DNA of 64,000 nucleotides from Candidatus Nomurabacteria bacterium. GTDB taxonomy: Bacteria; Patescibacteriota; Minisyncoccia; Phycocordibacterales; UBA918. The translations under genes were made by a program, and so were the position numbers. Location of the stretch: contig CP060229.1 in the NCBI GenBank assembly GCA_023898585.1, forward strand, positions 139,388 to 203,387, read 5' to 3'. The notes beneath the pieces were generated by a model. It was not told the origin of the DNA, made no database searches, and worked only from the letters and a program-made list of their open reading frames with translations. Below are positions 47,185 to 57,066 of this stretch, piece by piece (the stretch's first letter is position 1; each line of letters opens with the position of its first letter).

Positions 47185-49523
47185 ACCCAGTTAGTGACTT
47201 CCTTGATGTCTTCACCGTGTTCCATTACATAAGCACGGTGTTCGGCCAACTTTTCTTGAAATGACGATATGAGATCGTGAGCTTCTTTTTCTTTTAGTAT
47301 TCCCTGCTCGGTGGATTTGGCGATTGCTTCCATAGCCAGATGATATCGATCAACTCTATTACGCACCATCATGTCAAACGGCGTGGTAGTGGAACCACTT
47401 TCTTCGTAGCCATGGACAATAAAGCGCTCCGGATGTTGGGCGTAATCAAACAATATTTGCTTGATGGTCTGAGGATAACCGTGGAAATTTATAATCACTG
47501 GTTTATCGTCAGTAAAGTAGTGGTTAAAATCATGGCGTAAAACTCGACATCTTGAATTCCCCATACCAAGCGCAGACAAAGCAGTGATGTTTACAAACCG
47601 CATCTTGATGGCCGGTGCGCATTTACGAACCAGACTCATGGCAGCGAGGGCCTCAAGGGTGGGATAATCTCCGGCCGCACTGAAGACTATGTTGGGATCA
47701 ACATCGCTCGCAAAATCCCAAATTGAAATTCCGTCTTCAACATCGACTTTTGCTTCCTCAAGTGTCCTCCACACCGGCAAAGGTCTTTTAGAACAAACAA
47801 TGGCGTTGATTTCTTTGGTCGATGACATTATTCTGTTGAATGTAATGAGTGCGGTGTTGGCGTCGGCCGGGAAGTATACGTTGGTAAAGCAACCCTGTCT
47901 TTGTAGTAAACCATCGATGAAGCCGGGGTTTTGGTGGGAAAAACCGTTGTGTTCCTGTCGCCAGGCACCTGACGTGAGAATGTAGTTGAATGAGGGAATG
48001 TCTCCGCGCCACTTAACGTCACGTGCCACCTTGAGAAACTTGGCGTATTGGTCGGCCATACTGGCAACAATTTGCACAAAGGCTTCATATGAGGCAAATA
48101 CCCCATGACGTCCGGTCAAAACGTAACCTTGTAGCATACCCTGGAGACTATGCTCAGAAAGCACCTCCATCACTCTACCATCCCAGGCCAAGTCTCTGTC
48201 CCACTCCTTGTGAGGCCATACAAAAGCTCGGCTGGTGTGTTCAAAAACCGCTCCCAACTTATTGGAATAGGTTTCGTCCGGTGACATTAGGCGTAGATTT
48301 CTGTTACTTTCGTTGTCGCGCATCAGATCACGAAGATATGAACCTATCAGTTCCATACTGCTCTCGGTTCCACAAATCGGATCGTCCAAGTTGCACAAAC
48401 CTTTGTTGGCATAATTTTCAACCGGTGGCATGATTAAAGGTTTATAAACCGGATCGCCACCCCGCGCATGTGGAGTGTCCCCCATCTTTCGTCCCTCTCG
48501 AGGAATCAGACTCTGGATATCGGCATCAAATTTTTCACCATCAAACAGTTCGTTGAAATTGTATGATCGAAGCCATTCTTCCAATTGCGCCAGTTGTCCC
48601 TCATTGTGTCTTGCTTCTTCCGCAATCACTTGATGGGAGTAATGGTTGTCCTCTATCTTTTTATCACCAATATATTTGATACTATTCCAACCCTTCGGAG
48701 TGCGGAGTATAATCATCGGAAAACGTGGTGTCTCATGTAGAGTACCCTCCCTGGTGCAATGTTGAGTGAAGCGTATTGATTCAATAGCTTCGTCCATAAC
48801 CTCCATCATGCGTGCATGAACATCTTCCTCGGTGTAGACATCGACTATGTGAGGTTCGTAACCGTAGCCATAAAAGAGTGAACGTAGTTCATCGTCGGAC
48901 ATTCTCCCTAAGAAAGTCGGCCCGGAAATCTTGTAACCATTGAGATGAAGGATCGGGAGGACTGCTCCGTTGGTAGCCGGATCGATCAGTTTACTCAGAT
49001 GCCAGGCGGTAGCGATCGGGCCGGTTTCCGCTTCTCCGTCACCGACTAAACAAGCAACTACCAAATCAGGGTTGTCCAAAACTGCACCATAGGCGGTTGA
49101 AAGTGAGTAGCCCAACTCACCGCCTTCAAGAATAACTCCCGGCGCTTCAGGATTACTGTGACTTGGATAACCATACGGCCAACTGAATTGATGTGCCATA
49201 TGCGCAATACCTTCTGTGTTGTGAGGAATCTTGTCAAAATACTTAGACAGTGTGCCTTCAAGAAAAAGATTGGACTGAACAGCGGGAAAGCCGTGGCCAG
49301 GTCCGAGTACGAACATCATGTTCAAATCATGCGCAATAATAGCTCGGTTGAGATGGGCGTAAGTAAAATTGATTCCCGGACAAGTTCCCCAGTGACCAAG
49401 CAGGCGGGGTTTAATATGCTCAGGCTTAAGAGGCTCGGTTAATAAAACATTATCCTGTAAATATATTTGAATTGCGGACAGGTAATCTGTCGCTCGAACG
49501 AACTTTTTAAGAACATCACTCAT
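47169..49523 (-). CDS. xfp: Xylulose-5-phosphate/fructose-6-phosphate phosphoketolase
   Basis: 784 aa with GHWGTCPG, EGGELGYS and GDGEAETG thiamine-diphosphate motifs. It overlaps ackA by 16 nt (operon). Confidence 0.9.
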   Translation of the reverse strand: MSDVLKKFVRATDYLSAIQIYLQDNVLLTEPLKPEHIKPRLLGHWGTCPGINFTYAHLNRAIIAHDLNMMFVLGPGHGFPAVQSNLFLEGTLSKYFDKIPHNTEGIAHMAHQFSWPYGYPSHSNPEAPGVILEGGELGYSLSTAYGAVLDNPDLVVACLVGDGEAETGPIATAWHLSKLIDPATNGAVLPILHLNGYKISGPTFLGRMSDDELRSLFYGYGYEPHIVDVYTEEDVHARMMEVMDEAIESIRFTQHCTREGTLHETPRFPMIILRTPKGWNSIKYIGDKKIEDNHYSHQVIAEEARHNEGQLAQLEEWLRSYNFNELFDGEKFDADIQSLIPREGRKMGDTPHARGGDPVYKPLIMPPVENYANKGLCNLDDPICGTESSMELIGSYLRDLMRDNESNRNLRLMSPDETYSNKLGAVFEHTSRAFVWPHKEWDRDLAWDGRVMEVLSEHSLQGMLQGYVLTGRHGVFASYEAFVQIVASMADQYAKFLKVARDVKWRGDIPSFNYILTSGAWRQEHNGFSHQNPGFIDGLLQRQGCFTNVYFPADANTALITFNRIMSSTKEINAIVCSKRPLPVWRTLEEAKVDVEDGISIWDFASDVDPNIVFSAAGDYPTLEALAAMSLVRKCAPAIKMRFVNITALSALGMGNSRCRVLRHDFNHYFTDDKPVIINFHGYPQTIKQILFDYAQHPERFIVHGYEESGSTTTPFDMMVRNRVDRYHLAMEAIAKSTEQGILKEKEAHDLISSFQEKLAEHRAYVMEHGEDIKEVTNWVWERR

Positions 49524-49650
49524 GTTTTCAATTCTATCAGGTTTTTTAACAATAGTTTTCCACTACTGTGTAAAGTTTTCTCATTGGAAAATTTCACTGT
49601 CAGCAACCGAGTAATATCTACTAATGAAATTTCTGTTATACTGTCGGGCA

Positions 49651-50040
49651 ATGGAAAATGTACGCGTGAAAAAAAGCAGTGCCGGTCTGGGACTTTTTGC
49701 CAACAAACAGTTTAAGCGTGGCGATCTTATTATTGAATATACCGGAGAAACGATAAGTGAGGAAGAAGTTAATCGACGGGGTGGAAAATACTTATTTGAG
49801 TTGAATGACGATTGGGCGATAGACGGCAAAGGAAGAGATAATATCGCGAGGTACATTAACCACAGTTGCAAACCAAACTGCTATCCTGAATTGAATGAAG
49901 AAGAAACCAGAGTCTTCATCTACGCTAAAAAGAAAATCACTCCGGGAGAAGAACTCACTTACGACTACGGCAAAGATTATTTCGACAAAATCATAAAGCC
50001 GGTGGGATGTAAGTGTGCAAACTGCGCTATTCGGAGATAG
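49651..50040 (+). CDS. SET-domain protein (putative protein-lysine methyltransferase)
   Basis: GLGLFANKQFKRGDLIIEYTGE...RYINHSCKPNC...ELTYDYG, then a post-SET Cys cluster CKCANC. The start may be the ATG at 49624. Confidence 0.75.
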   Translation: MENVRVKKSSAGLGLFANKQFKRGDLIIEYTGETISEEEVNRRGGKYLFELNDDWAIDGKGRDNIARYINHSCKPNCYPELNEEETRVFIYAKKKITPGEELTYDYGKDYFDKIIKPVGCKCANCAIRR

Positions 50041-50680
50041 ATTCAACCGGCAATCCGGTTTCTGAAGACTCCTCTTCTGTATCCTCTGATTCCGGCGCGT
50101 TAGAGTCTTCATCCGCAACAGACTCAGAACTGCTAGCTGTCTCGTCAGTTGAAGTAGCGGTGGAAGTCGGCACCGCCGGTTCCGGAGTCGGTTTTGGTAT
50201 GTCCTGAAGACCAAGACCAACCAAACCACCGTCAGCCTTTTGATTCGTATTTTGGACCGGCACAGCGACGGTACTATGCTTTATATCTCTTTCATCGGCT
50301 GTGTTGGTGCGTATTCTTTCGTTCCTGGCCTCAATTGTTTTTTCCACATCTATTTGACCTTCGTCTGTATAGCCAACCAACGCGGAGAAGCCCAACCCCA
50401 CCATTATTATCACGTTGGTAATAAGAAAGTGTTTTCTGCTCTGCCGTCTTCTGAGTTTATCTTTCGAGAGTGGGGTCGGTGCCTTGCGTGCAACTTTTTC
50501 TCCCACCCTTTCAACCACTTCTTGCCTCTCGACCACCCTGTTTATTTCCGGAGCCGGTGCCACAACTCTTCGAGTGGCCCTTTTACGAGGAGATTTGGTT
50601 GAGACACTATCAACACGCCTCGCAGTAGCGCGCCTGCGAGTTGTCCGCCCGGCAATATTGTTTTCTTCAGACGAACCCAT
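50027..50680 (-). CDS. Hypothetical bitopic membrane protein (basic N-terminus, one TM, acidic S/T/E-rich C-terminus)
   Basis: 217 aa. TM helix FLITNVIIMVGLGFSALVGY. Confidence 0.4.
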   Translation of the reverse strand: MGSSEENNIAGRTTRRRATARRVDSVSTKSPRKRATRRVVAPAPEINRVVERQEVVERVGEKVARKAPTPLSKDKLRRRQSRKHFLITNVIIMVGLGFSALVGYTDEGQIDVEKTIEARNERIRTNTADERDIKHSTVAVPVQNTNQKADGGLVGLGLQDIPKPTPEPAVPTSTATSTDETASSSESVADEDSNAPESEDTEEESSETGLPVESISE

Positions 50681-50842
50681 GACAATGATTGTACCATCAG
50701 AAAGATTTCTGCCATAGTTAATTTAGTGGCTGTTGTCAACATCATCTGTTATAGCAAATAAAAAAGAAGACCTTATCACCCTCCGGTGATAAGGTCTATA
50801 GTGATACAGAAGCTGTACCTAACAATACAAAACGAAACAAAA

Positions 50843-51649
50843 CTAGAAGTCAATCAACTGAACAACTGCGCAAGGGCCGGAAAACCTATCCTTACTTAGC
50901 CCGATGCTGACCCTAAATAATCGACCAGCAATCTTCATTTCGATAATCCCAAGGTCAGGATTGTAGTCTGGACCCGAAGGATTGCTTTTCCATGCGTGTC
51001 TTATACCAGACTTATGTAACCGTTTGTTAATTTCTTTGACCAAATCCCAGTCACTCCAGTAACCGGTAATTTCAGATCTGGCGCTATTAAGCACAGTTAG
51101 AATCTTGCTTTTAAGATCAACCGCATCCTCGTGTTCTGCAATAGAGGTGGGTGTTTCCGACACCAACTCCGCAAACGACTTACCTGTTGAAGGAGGTGGT
51201 CCGACATCGTTAATGTAAGGCATGACGTACGCGATAACCTTATGAAGTTCGTCGGGGTTTGCGTCTGCCCTTACCAGTTCCTTACTGACTTCAGCTTGGA
51301 AGTATACCATGACATTGGGCCACTCCGTTCCTTCAGCAGTCCCTACCTTTTCATCGCTGGACGTCCTAAAATAATGGAGTTGATCTTTACTATGGGAATT
51401 GGGATTTCCAAGACACAGTGACCACCCAAAAATTTCACCGGTTTCTTGATCAGAGCCTATGACGCTAACTGTCGGACAGACACAACCCTGTTCACCAATA
51501 AGACTGAGCCCGGCCACAACCATAGCCTTTACCTGGCCATCTGCGTTGTAAGGAAGAGGCTTAATAGTTGTCGGAATTGGTGGAAGCTTTCTTGCTTTCA
51601 GGTAACCCCAATATTTGCTGGCACGTATATACTTCTGTAAGAGTCTCAT
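50843..51649 (-). CDS. Hypothetical protein (268 aa)
   Basis: A long ORF with ordinary codon usage and no recognised motif. Confidence 0.4.
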   Translation of the reverse strand: MRLLQKYIRASKYWGYLKARKLPPIPTTIKPLPYNADGQVKAMVVAGLSLIGEQGCVCPTVSVIGSDQETGEIFGWSLCLGNPNSHSKDQLHYFRTSSDEKVGTAEGTEWPNVMVYFQAEVSKELVRADANPDELHKVIAYVMPYINDVGPPPSTGKSFAELVSETPTSIAEHEDAVDLKSKILTVLNSARSEITGYWSDWDLVKEINKRLHKSGIRHAWKSNPSGPDYNPDLGIIEMKIAGRLFRVSIGLSKDRFSGPCAVVQLIDF

Positions 51650-51736
51650 CGCTCACCTCGTTTGTTGATTGTATATAAAACAACTTATTACTAATGCAAA
51701 CTATATAATGTATTTCGGATTTTGTCTAGCGGACCG

Positions 51737-52653
51737 TAATGGTTCAATAGCTTGTGAACACTAGTCACTTAAACTAGTGTCATGTACACAACCAATCCTA
51801 AGATGCCCAAGATTCGTAGAGACGCTGTATTGTTTGCCAATAAACACGGAGTACGGTGTGCTGCCAGGCACTTCGGTTTCTCACCAGGAGCGATTGTGGA
51901 GTGGCGCAAGAAAGCTAAAGTCATTGGTCTTCACCCTATTCCCACAAAGAGCAGTCGACCTAAACATAGTCATCGGACGTTAGACAATGGGTTGGTCGAA
52001 AAGATTGTTGACGTTCGTTTGCGTACCAAACGATCATCGGAAGTGGTACACCGGGTACTGGCAGAGAATGGCATTCATGTATCACTAAGTACCGTGAAGC
52101 GTACTCTAGACCGAGGTGGCTATACCAAGAAACGGAGTCCGTGGAAGCGATATCACCCACCAAGTCCACGACCATTAGTTAACGCTCCAGGAGCCTTAAT
52201 ACAAGCCGATACGGTACATCTGGCGGTGCAAGGCAAGACGGTACTGTATGTCTTCACCTGTATTGATGTGTACTCGAGGTGGGCCTATGCTCGTTGCTAT
52301 ACAAGAGCCAACTGTCGTACCGCCACAGACTTCATTAAACAAGCTCAAGTGGCAGCACCGTTTCTGTTTCAGTGTGTACAAACGGACAATGGGAGTGAGT
52401 TCAGTACCCACTTTACGGAGCGTATACAAATACGTCATCGACATACCCGGGTTAGGAAGTCCAATGACAATGCTCACGTTGAACGCTTTAACCGGACTCT
52501 GCGGGAAGAGTGTCTGGACGCACTACCGGTTGACCATCGAGTGATCAATCAGCATCTCCCGAAGTACCTTGCTCACTATGTGAACGATCGACATCACTTC
52601 GGTATTAACTTGGTGAAACCAGTCCAATTACTAGAGAGGTGTTCACAAGCTAT
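51737..52653 (+). mobile_element. IS481-like insertion sequence with 17-19-bp perfect terminal inverted repeats
   Basis: CAATAGCTTGTGAACAC (51739-51755) with GTGTTCACAAGCTATTG (52635-52651). Confidence 0.7.
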
Positions 52654-52660
52654 TGATTAG
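51782..52660 (+). CDS. IS481-family transposase (HTH plus rve integrase core)
   Basis: 292 aa. DDE region ...ALIQADTVHL...VQTDNGSEF...HVERFNRTLREE. Confidence 0.75.
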   Translation: MYTTNPKMPKIRRDAVLFANKHGVRCAARHFGFSPGAIVEWRKKAKVIGLHPIPTKSSRPKHSHRTLDNGLVEKIVDVRLRTKRSSEVVHRVLAENGIHVSLSTVKRTLDRGGYTKKRSPWKRYHPPSPRPLVNAPGALIQADTVHLAVQGKTVLYVFTCIDVYSRWAYARCYTRANCRTATDFIKQAQVAAPFLFQCVQTDNGSEFSTHFTERIQIRHRHTRVRKSNDNAHVERFNRTLREECLDALPVDHRVINQHLPKYLAHYVNDRHHFGINLVKPVQLLERCSQAID

Positions 52661-52698
52661 AAAACGGCGGACATCTTTTTCTATGGCATACTTGAAGT

Positions 52699-53328
52699 AT
52701 GTCTAAGCAAAAAAGAATACTTGTGGTTTTTGTTATTGTTGTCGGTCTTTACTTTTTACTCTCGTCTTTTTGGCAGAAACAAGAGCCCTTGTACCCCGCA
52801 AACGGCACGAGTATTGTTGTTTTTGGCGATAGTCTGGCCTACGGAGTCGGCGCGACAGCCAACAACGACATTGCTTCACGCCTTGAGACGAAACTCAATA
52901 CACCGGTTATAAACTCAGGGGTCTCTGGAAACACGACCGCGGACGCGCTTAACCGAATTGATGAGTTGCTCAAGCTGGACCCAAAAGTAGTTATTGTTAT
53001 ACTGGGAGGAAACGATGCTCTGAGACGCTTACCAATCAAAGACACTTTTAATAACTTGGAAAAAATTATCGTATCCTTAACTGATTATGGGTCGGCTGTT
53101 GTTTTGGTCGGCGAACCGGGTGGTCTCTACGGCCAGCAATATGAAAAAGAATATGAGAGATTGGCCGAAGAACACCGTACTTTTTATGTATCAAATATAT
53201 TGTCAGGTTTGCTGGGAAGACCGGAATACATGAGTGATTTGATCCACCCCAATGACTCAGGCTACGAAATGGCGACGGAAAGAATTTTGCCGGTTATTGA
53301 AGAAATTATCGCAAAAACAAAACAATAG
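52699..53328 (+). CDS. SGNH/GDSL hydrolase (TesA-like esterase/lipase) with N-terminal TM or signal anchor
   Basis: VVFGDSLAYG, GGNDAL, DLIHPND: the Ser, Gly/Asn and Asp/His catalytic blocks. Confidence 0.75.
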   Translation: MSKQKRILVVFVIVVGLYFLLSSFWQKQEPLYPANGTSIVVFGDSLAYGVGATANNDIASRLETKLNTPVINSGVSGNTTADALNRIDELLKLDPKVVIVILGGNDALRRLPIKDTFNNLEKIIVSLTDYGSAVVLVGEPGGLYGQQYEKEYERLAEEHRTFYVSNILSGLLGRPEYMSDLIHPNDSGYEMATERILPVIEEIIAKTKQ

Positions 53329-53417
53329 ACATCTGCGAGTATGTCTGTCTTCCCGAGATTGACCTTGCAAACCATAGTCTGTATGGTACATTTTGCTAAT
53401 CATTACACCGCTTAATA

Positions 53418-54146
53418 ATGTTAAGACGTGTAGTTTATTTCATAACCCAAATCAAATTGCCAGAACCACAAAGAAAATATTTAGGGCCGGACACAAGAAC
53501 CAGAATCAACAAGGCGATCAGAGCGCCTGAACTGAGAGTGGTTGGTCCTAAAGGTGAAAATCTTGGTACACTCTCCCTTGCTGAAGCTCTCAAAGAGGCA
53601 GAAAAAAGGAAACTTGATTTAATTGAGATATCCCCCAAAGCCAAGCCCCCGGTCGCTAAAATCACTGACTTTGGGCAATATCGCTACGACACTAAACGCA
53701 AGGCCAGCAGAGCTAAAGCGAAAGCTCATGTGACAGAAACTAAAAGTGTTCAAGTGAAAATCGGCACCGGTGAACATGACCAACTTTTGAAAGCCAAGCG
53801 TATTGCGGAGTGGTTGGAAGAAGGCCATCGTGTAAAAATCGATCTTTTTCTTTGGGGACGCTACAAGTATATGGAACAGGCGTTTCTGAAAGAGCGACTG
53901 GACCGCTTTATGAAAGTCATTCCCTTTGAATACAAAATCGCTGATCCGATAAAAAAGAGTCCCAAAGGATTTACCGCGACTATCGAAAGAGTACCGGGCG
54001 CCAAGAAACAAAAAGTCAAAGTGATAGAAGAAAGTAAGCCGGAAGAGTCTAAAAAAGAAGAGGACAAAGATGAACCAGAAGACAGGAAAGATAATAAATC
54101 AAAAAAGAAGTCTTTGGATGAGCTTTTAGAGGAAGGGATGATTTAG
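53418..54146 (+). CDS. infC: Translation initiation factor IF-3 (with K/E-rich C-terminal extension). The true start may be a non-AUG codon downstream of 53418.
   Basis: RINKAIRAPELRVVGPKGENLG...DLIEISPKAKPPVAKITDFGQY...VQVKIGTGEHDQLLKAKRIAEWLEEGHRVKI. Confidence 0.85.
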   Translation: MLRRVVYFITQIKLPEPQRKYLGPDTRTRINKAIRAPELRVVGPKGENLGTLSLAEALKEAEKRKLDLIEISPKAKPPVAKITDFGQYRYDTKRKASRAKAKAHVTETKSVQVKIGTGEHDQLLKAKRIAEWLEEGHRVKIDLFLWGRYKYMEQAFLKERLDRFMKVIPFEYKIADPIKKSPKGFTATIERVPGAKKQKVKVIEESKPEESKKEEDKDEPEDRKDNKSKKKSLDELLEEGMI

Positions 54147-54371
54147 ATGGTGTTTTTTGCTGGACTTTTTGGCCAGAATCCTGTATATTTTGCGCACTTT
54201 GACGCGATTTCCCAGTGTCTAAAGCCCGATCAAGCTCGACTGTATTGATTTAGTGAAATTGGATGCAGTACGAGACGCACAAAGAATTTGCGGTGAGCTT
54301 TACTTAGATGTAAAGTGAACAGTAAATTTCTGCAGTGCAACGATGTAATGCGCCAATTTCACTAAATCAAT

Positions 54372-54563
54372 ATGAAAACAAACAAATCTTATACCAAACG
54401 CATTAAAGTGACCAAAAATGGCAAACTGGTTGCCAGACGTCCAGGCCAAAATCACTTTAACGCCCGCCAAACCGGTCAGCAAAGACTCGCTAGAAAACGA
54501 ACTCAGCTACTAAATTTAAGCAAACGTATCACTCGACGTTTTCTCCCGAAATCAGGCGCTTAA
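54372..54563 (+). CDS. rpmI: 50S ribosomal protein L35
   Basis: MKTNKSYTKRIKVTKNGKLVARRPGQNHF... Confidence 0.85.
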   Translation: MKTNKSYTKRIKVTKNGKLVARRPGQNHFNARQTGQQRLARKRTQLLNLSKRITRRFLPKSGA

Positions 54564-54608
54564 AACAGCTAAACTATTCATTTTATTCCTTATTTACTAT
54601 TTTAATTT

Positions 54609-54956
54609 ATGGCACGTATAAAAGGTGGCCTGATGGCCCAAAAACGCAGACGAAATATTTTGTCTGAAGCAAAGGGATACCGTTTCGGTCGTGGAACCAA
54701 AAAAGCCCAAGCACGTGAAGCGATTTATCACGCACAAACACACGCTTTCGATCACCGCAAAGACAAGAAGGGTGATTTTCGCCGACTTTGGACCGTCCGT
54801 ATTAACGCCTCTCTCATGAGACATGGTCTGAAATACAGTCGATTCATTAAGGCTCTAAGAGGCAAGAACATCGAACTCGACCGTAAAGTACTTGCCACCA
54901 TAGCTATCCAAAACCCGGAAGCATTTGATCGAATAGTGGCAGAGGTTGCAAAATAA
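54609..54956 (+). CDS. rplT: 50S ribosomal protein L20
   Basis: MARIKGG...RRRNILSEAKGYRFGRG...LWTVRINA. Confidence 0.9.
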   Translation: MARIKGGLMAQKRRRNILSEAKGYRFGRGTKKAQAREAIYHAQTHAFDHRKDKKGDFRRLWTVRINASLMRHGLKYSRFIKALRGKNIELDRKVLATIAIQNPEAFDRIVAEVAK

Positions 54957-54964
54957 CTCCTACA

Positions 54965-55040
54965 CTAAATCTCTCCTTAAAAGACCCGGCTCGAAAGAGC
55001 CGGGTCTTTGGTGTTTTAGTCCTAGGTTGTTTCTTTAGCC
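54965..55040 (-). mobile_element. Solo left-end remnant of the zinc-ribbon DDE IS (terminal IR plus its internal hairpin). The hairpin doubles as the rplT terminator.
   Basis: Reverse complement reads cgggctaaagaaacaacctaggactaaaacaccaaagacccggctctttcgagccgggtctttt. The IS left end is gggctaaagaaacaatctaggacctaaaacaccaaaaccacggctctgtatagccgtggtttt. Confidence 0.6.
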
Positions 55041-55052
55041 CGTCTTATCTGA

Positions 55053-56420
55053 TTAAAAATCAATCTCCATCTCAGCATTCAGCTCCGGAGCAATAGCCTT
55101 CACGCCAAGATAATCTCGCAGACGTTGGGTTAAAAAGAGCGAAGCTCTTTCCTCCCCCATAGTAACGAACACTTGTTTGGGCATATGCTCTTCAGAACCG
55201 CCATAGACTAAATCAACCAGCTGGTTACGGTCGGCATGACCTGAATAACCGCTAATCGTGACTACTTCTGCTTTCACTCGTACATTCACCCCGTCAATTC
55301 GGACTTGTTTGGCACCATCCTGCAACAATCTACCAACACTCCCCACCGTCTGATAACCGACCAAGAGCAAAATTGTGTTCGTGTCGTCAAGGAATTGCTT
55401 TTCATGTTCGCGGATCCTACCACCATGACTCATACCAGAACCGGCAATGATTATTTTCGGCCCACCAAACTTGGCGATTTGCTTTGATTCTTTTATTGTT
55501 TCAGTAAACGACAATCCTTCGAAAGAAAAAATATCGTCACCTGCCTCAATCTGCCCTCGGACTTCTGGCTTTAGATAATCGGTCGCGTTTCTATAGACAT
55601 CGGTTACTCTAATAGCAAGCGGGGAATCCAAGTACGTCTTAATGGGAGGAATTATCTTTGATTCAATCATGTTATTGATTTCAAATAGAATTCCTTGGGT
55701 ACGTTCGAGAGAAAACGCCGGAATGATCAGCGTCCCCTTCTTACGGATTGTCTCTTCGATATAGTGCTGTAAGGCAAGACTACGCTCCTCAACCTCCTCA
55801 TGAACCCTATCGCCGTAGACACTTTCCATTACCATGTAATCATACCCTTTCGGCACTTCCGGTGGAGCAAGTAGTGGTTGAGGGACATTGCCAATATCAC
55901 CTGTGAAGACGACCTTTTTACCGTTTCGAGTGAAATTGACCATAGCAGAACCCAATATATGTCCAGCGTCGGTAAGCAAAACAGTGATGTTGTCTTCCAG
56001 TAAAAGCGGTTCGTTGTAACTTAATGTCTGCCAAAGAGACAGGGTTAAGTCGATATCATCCTGGCTGTAGATCGGCTTTTCACCTTCTCCTTTCGCTTCA
56101 TACTCCATGATACGAAGCGCATCGTCAAACATTATCTCTGCCAAATCTTTGGTGGGTGGTGTCGAATAAATCACACCTCGAAAACCATCGCGCACTAATT
56201 TGGGAATCCTGCCGATATGGTCGGCGTGGGCGTGAGTGACAAACAAAACATCGACCTTTGCCGGATCGTACACAAAAGGTTGTGAATTGACTTTGGTTGC
56301 AAATTTATCTCCCTGTATCAAACCACAGTCAACCAAGACGGCCAGCTCGCCGGTATCAAGCATGAAATTAGCGCCGGTAACGGAACCGACCCCACCGTAA
56401 AATCCTAAAGTTGAACTCAT
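55053..56420 (-). CDS. MBL-fold metallo-hydrolase with beta-CASP and RNA-specificity domains (RNase J/CPSF-like ribonuclease)
   Basis: 455 aa. VTHAHADHIG, then beta-CASP motifs and a C-terminal ...SGHADRNQL. Confidence 0.7.
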   Translation of the reverse strand: MSSTLGFYGGVGSVTGANFMLDTGELAVLVDCGLIQGDKFATKVNSQPFVYDPAKVDVLFVTHAHADHIGRIPKLVRDGFRGVIYSTPPTKDLAEIMFDDALRIMEYEAKGEGEKPIYSQDDIDLTLSLWQTLSYNEPLLLEDNITVLLTDAGHILGSAMVNFTRNGKKVVFTGDIGNVPQPLLAPPEVPKGYDYMVMESVYGDRVHEEVEERSLALQHYIEETIRKKGTLIIPAFSLERTQGILFEINNMIESKIIPPIKTYLDSPLAIRVTDVYRNATDYLKPEVRGQIEAGDDIFSFEGLSFTETIKESKQIAKFGGPKIIIAGSGMSHGGRIREHEKQFLDDTNTILLLVGYQTVGSVGRLLQDGAKQVRIDGVNVRVKAEVVTISGYSGHADRNQLVDLVYGGSEEHMPKQVFVTMGEERASLFLTQRLRDYLGVKAIAPELNAEMEIDF

Positions 56421-56791
56421 GAGCTTATTGTACTTTTACTCAAAATATAATGCGCCAGTAATCCCCCACTAAAACCGACGATGACATCTTTTATCGTATC
56501 AGGTAAATAGGTGGCCGGTTCATAGAGACCGGCAAAGTATTCAAAAACCTCCCAAGCGCCAGTCATTACAACCAGAGTAATAACGACCATTTGTAAGGTC
56601 GCCGGACAATTAAACCGACTGAAAGTGCAAATAGAATGGACACCAAGACCAACCAAGACACCTCCCCAAAAATGCATCAAGATGTCGAACCACCAGTAGT
56701 ACCAATACAAAGAGGCCACCACCGCTACCAGATGCGTGATTGCAAATACGACAGAAAGAATCAAAAAGATTATTACTTTGCCATGAACCAT
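56417..56791 (-). CDS. Small polytopic membrane protein (4 TM), hypothetical
   Basis: 124 aa, hydrophobic, W/Y-rich loops. Confidence 0.4.
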   Translation of the reverse strand: MVHGKVIIFLILSVVFAITHLVAVVASLYWYYWWFDILMHFWGGVLVGLGVHSICTFSRFNCPATLQMVVITLVVMTGAWEVFEYFAGLYEPATYLPDTIKDVIVGFSGGLLAHYILSKSTISS

Positions 56792-57029
56792 ATGATTATA
56801 ATAGCAGTTTTAAGTGACAAGAAAAAACTCCCTAGAGGGGGAGTCTTTTCAGCGGAACCACAAACGCATGCCCCCGATTAAAAATCAGGTGGGCGTCATA
56901 TCTGACTCGACTATTCGATGACCCCTGATGGTCTTCGGCACGAGGCACGACTTCCGACTGCCCTTACAATACGTAATCGGAACATACGTAATATGGTTCC
57001 ACCTTTTATATTATCAGAAAAACGGTCGG

Positions 57030-57062
57030 CCCTAAAGGGCCGACCGTTTAACAACCAAACCA
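57030..57062. terminator. Bidirectional rho-independent terminator
   Basis: aaaaacggtcggccctaaagggccgaccgtttaac. Confidence 0.5.
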
Positions 57063-57066
57063 AACA

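Noticed and set aside
47340-49442. Small plus-strand ORFs inside xfp (47340-47540, 47689-47985, 48089-48433, 49158-49442)
   Set aside because: Antisense to a strongly supported 784-aa phosphoketolase gene.
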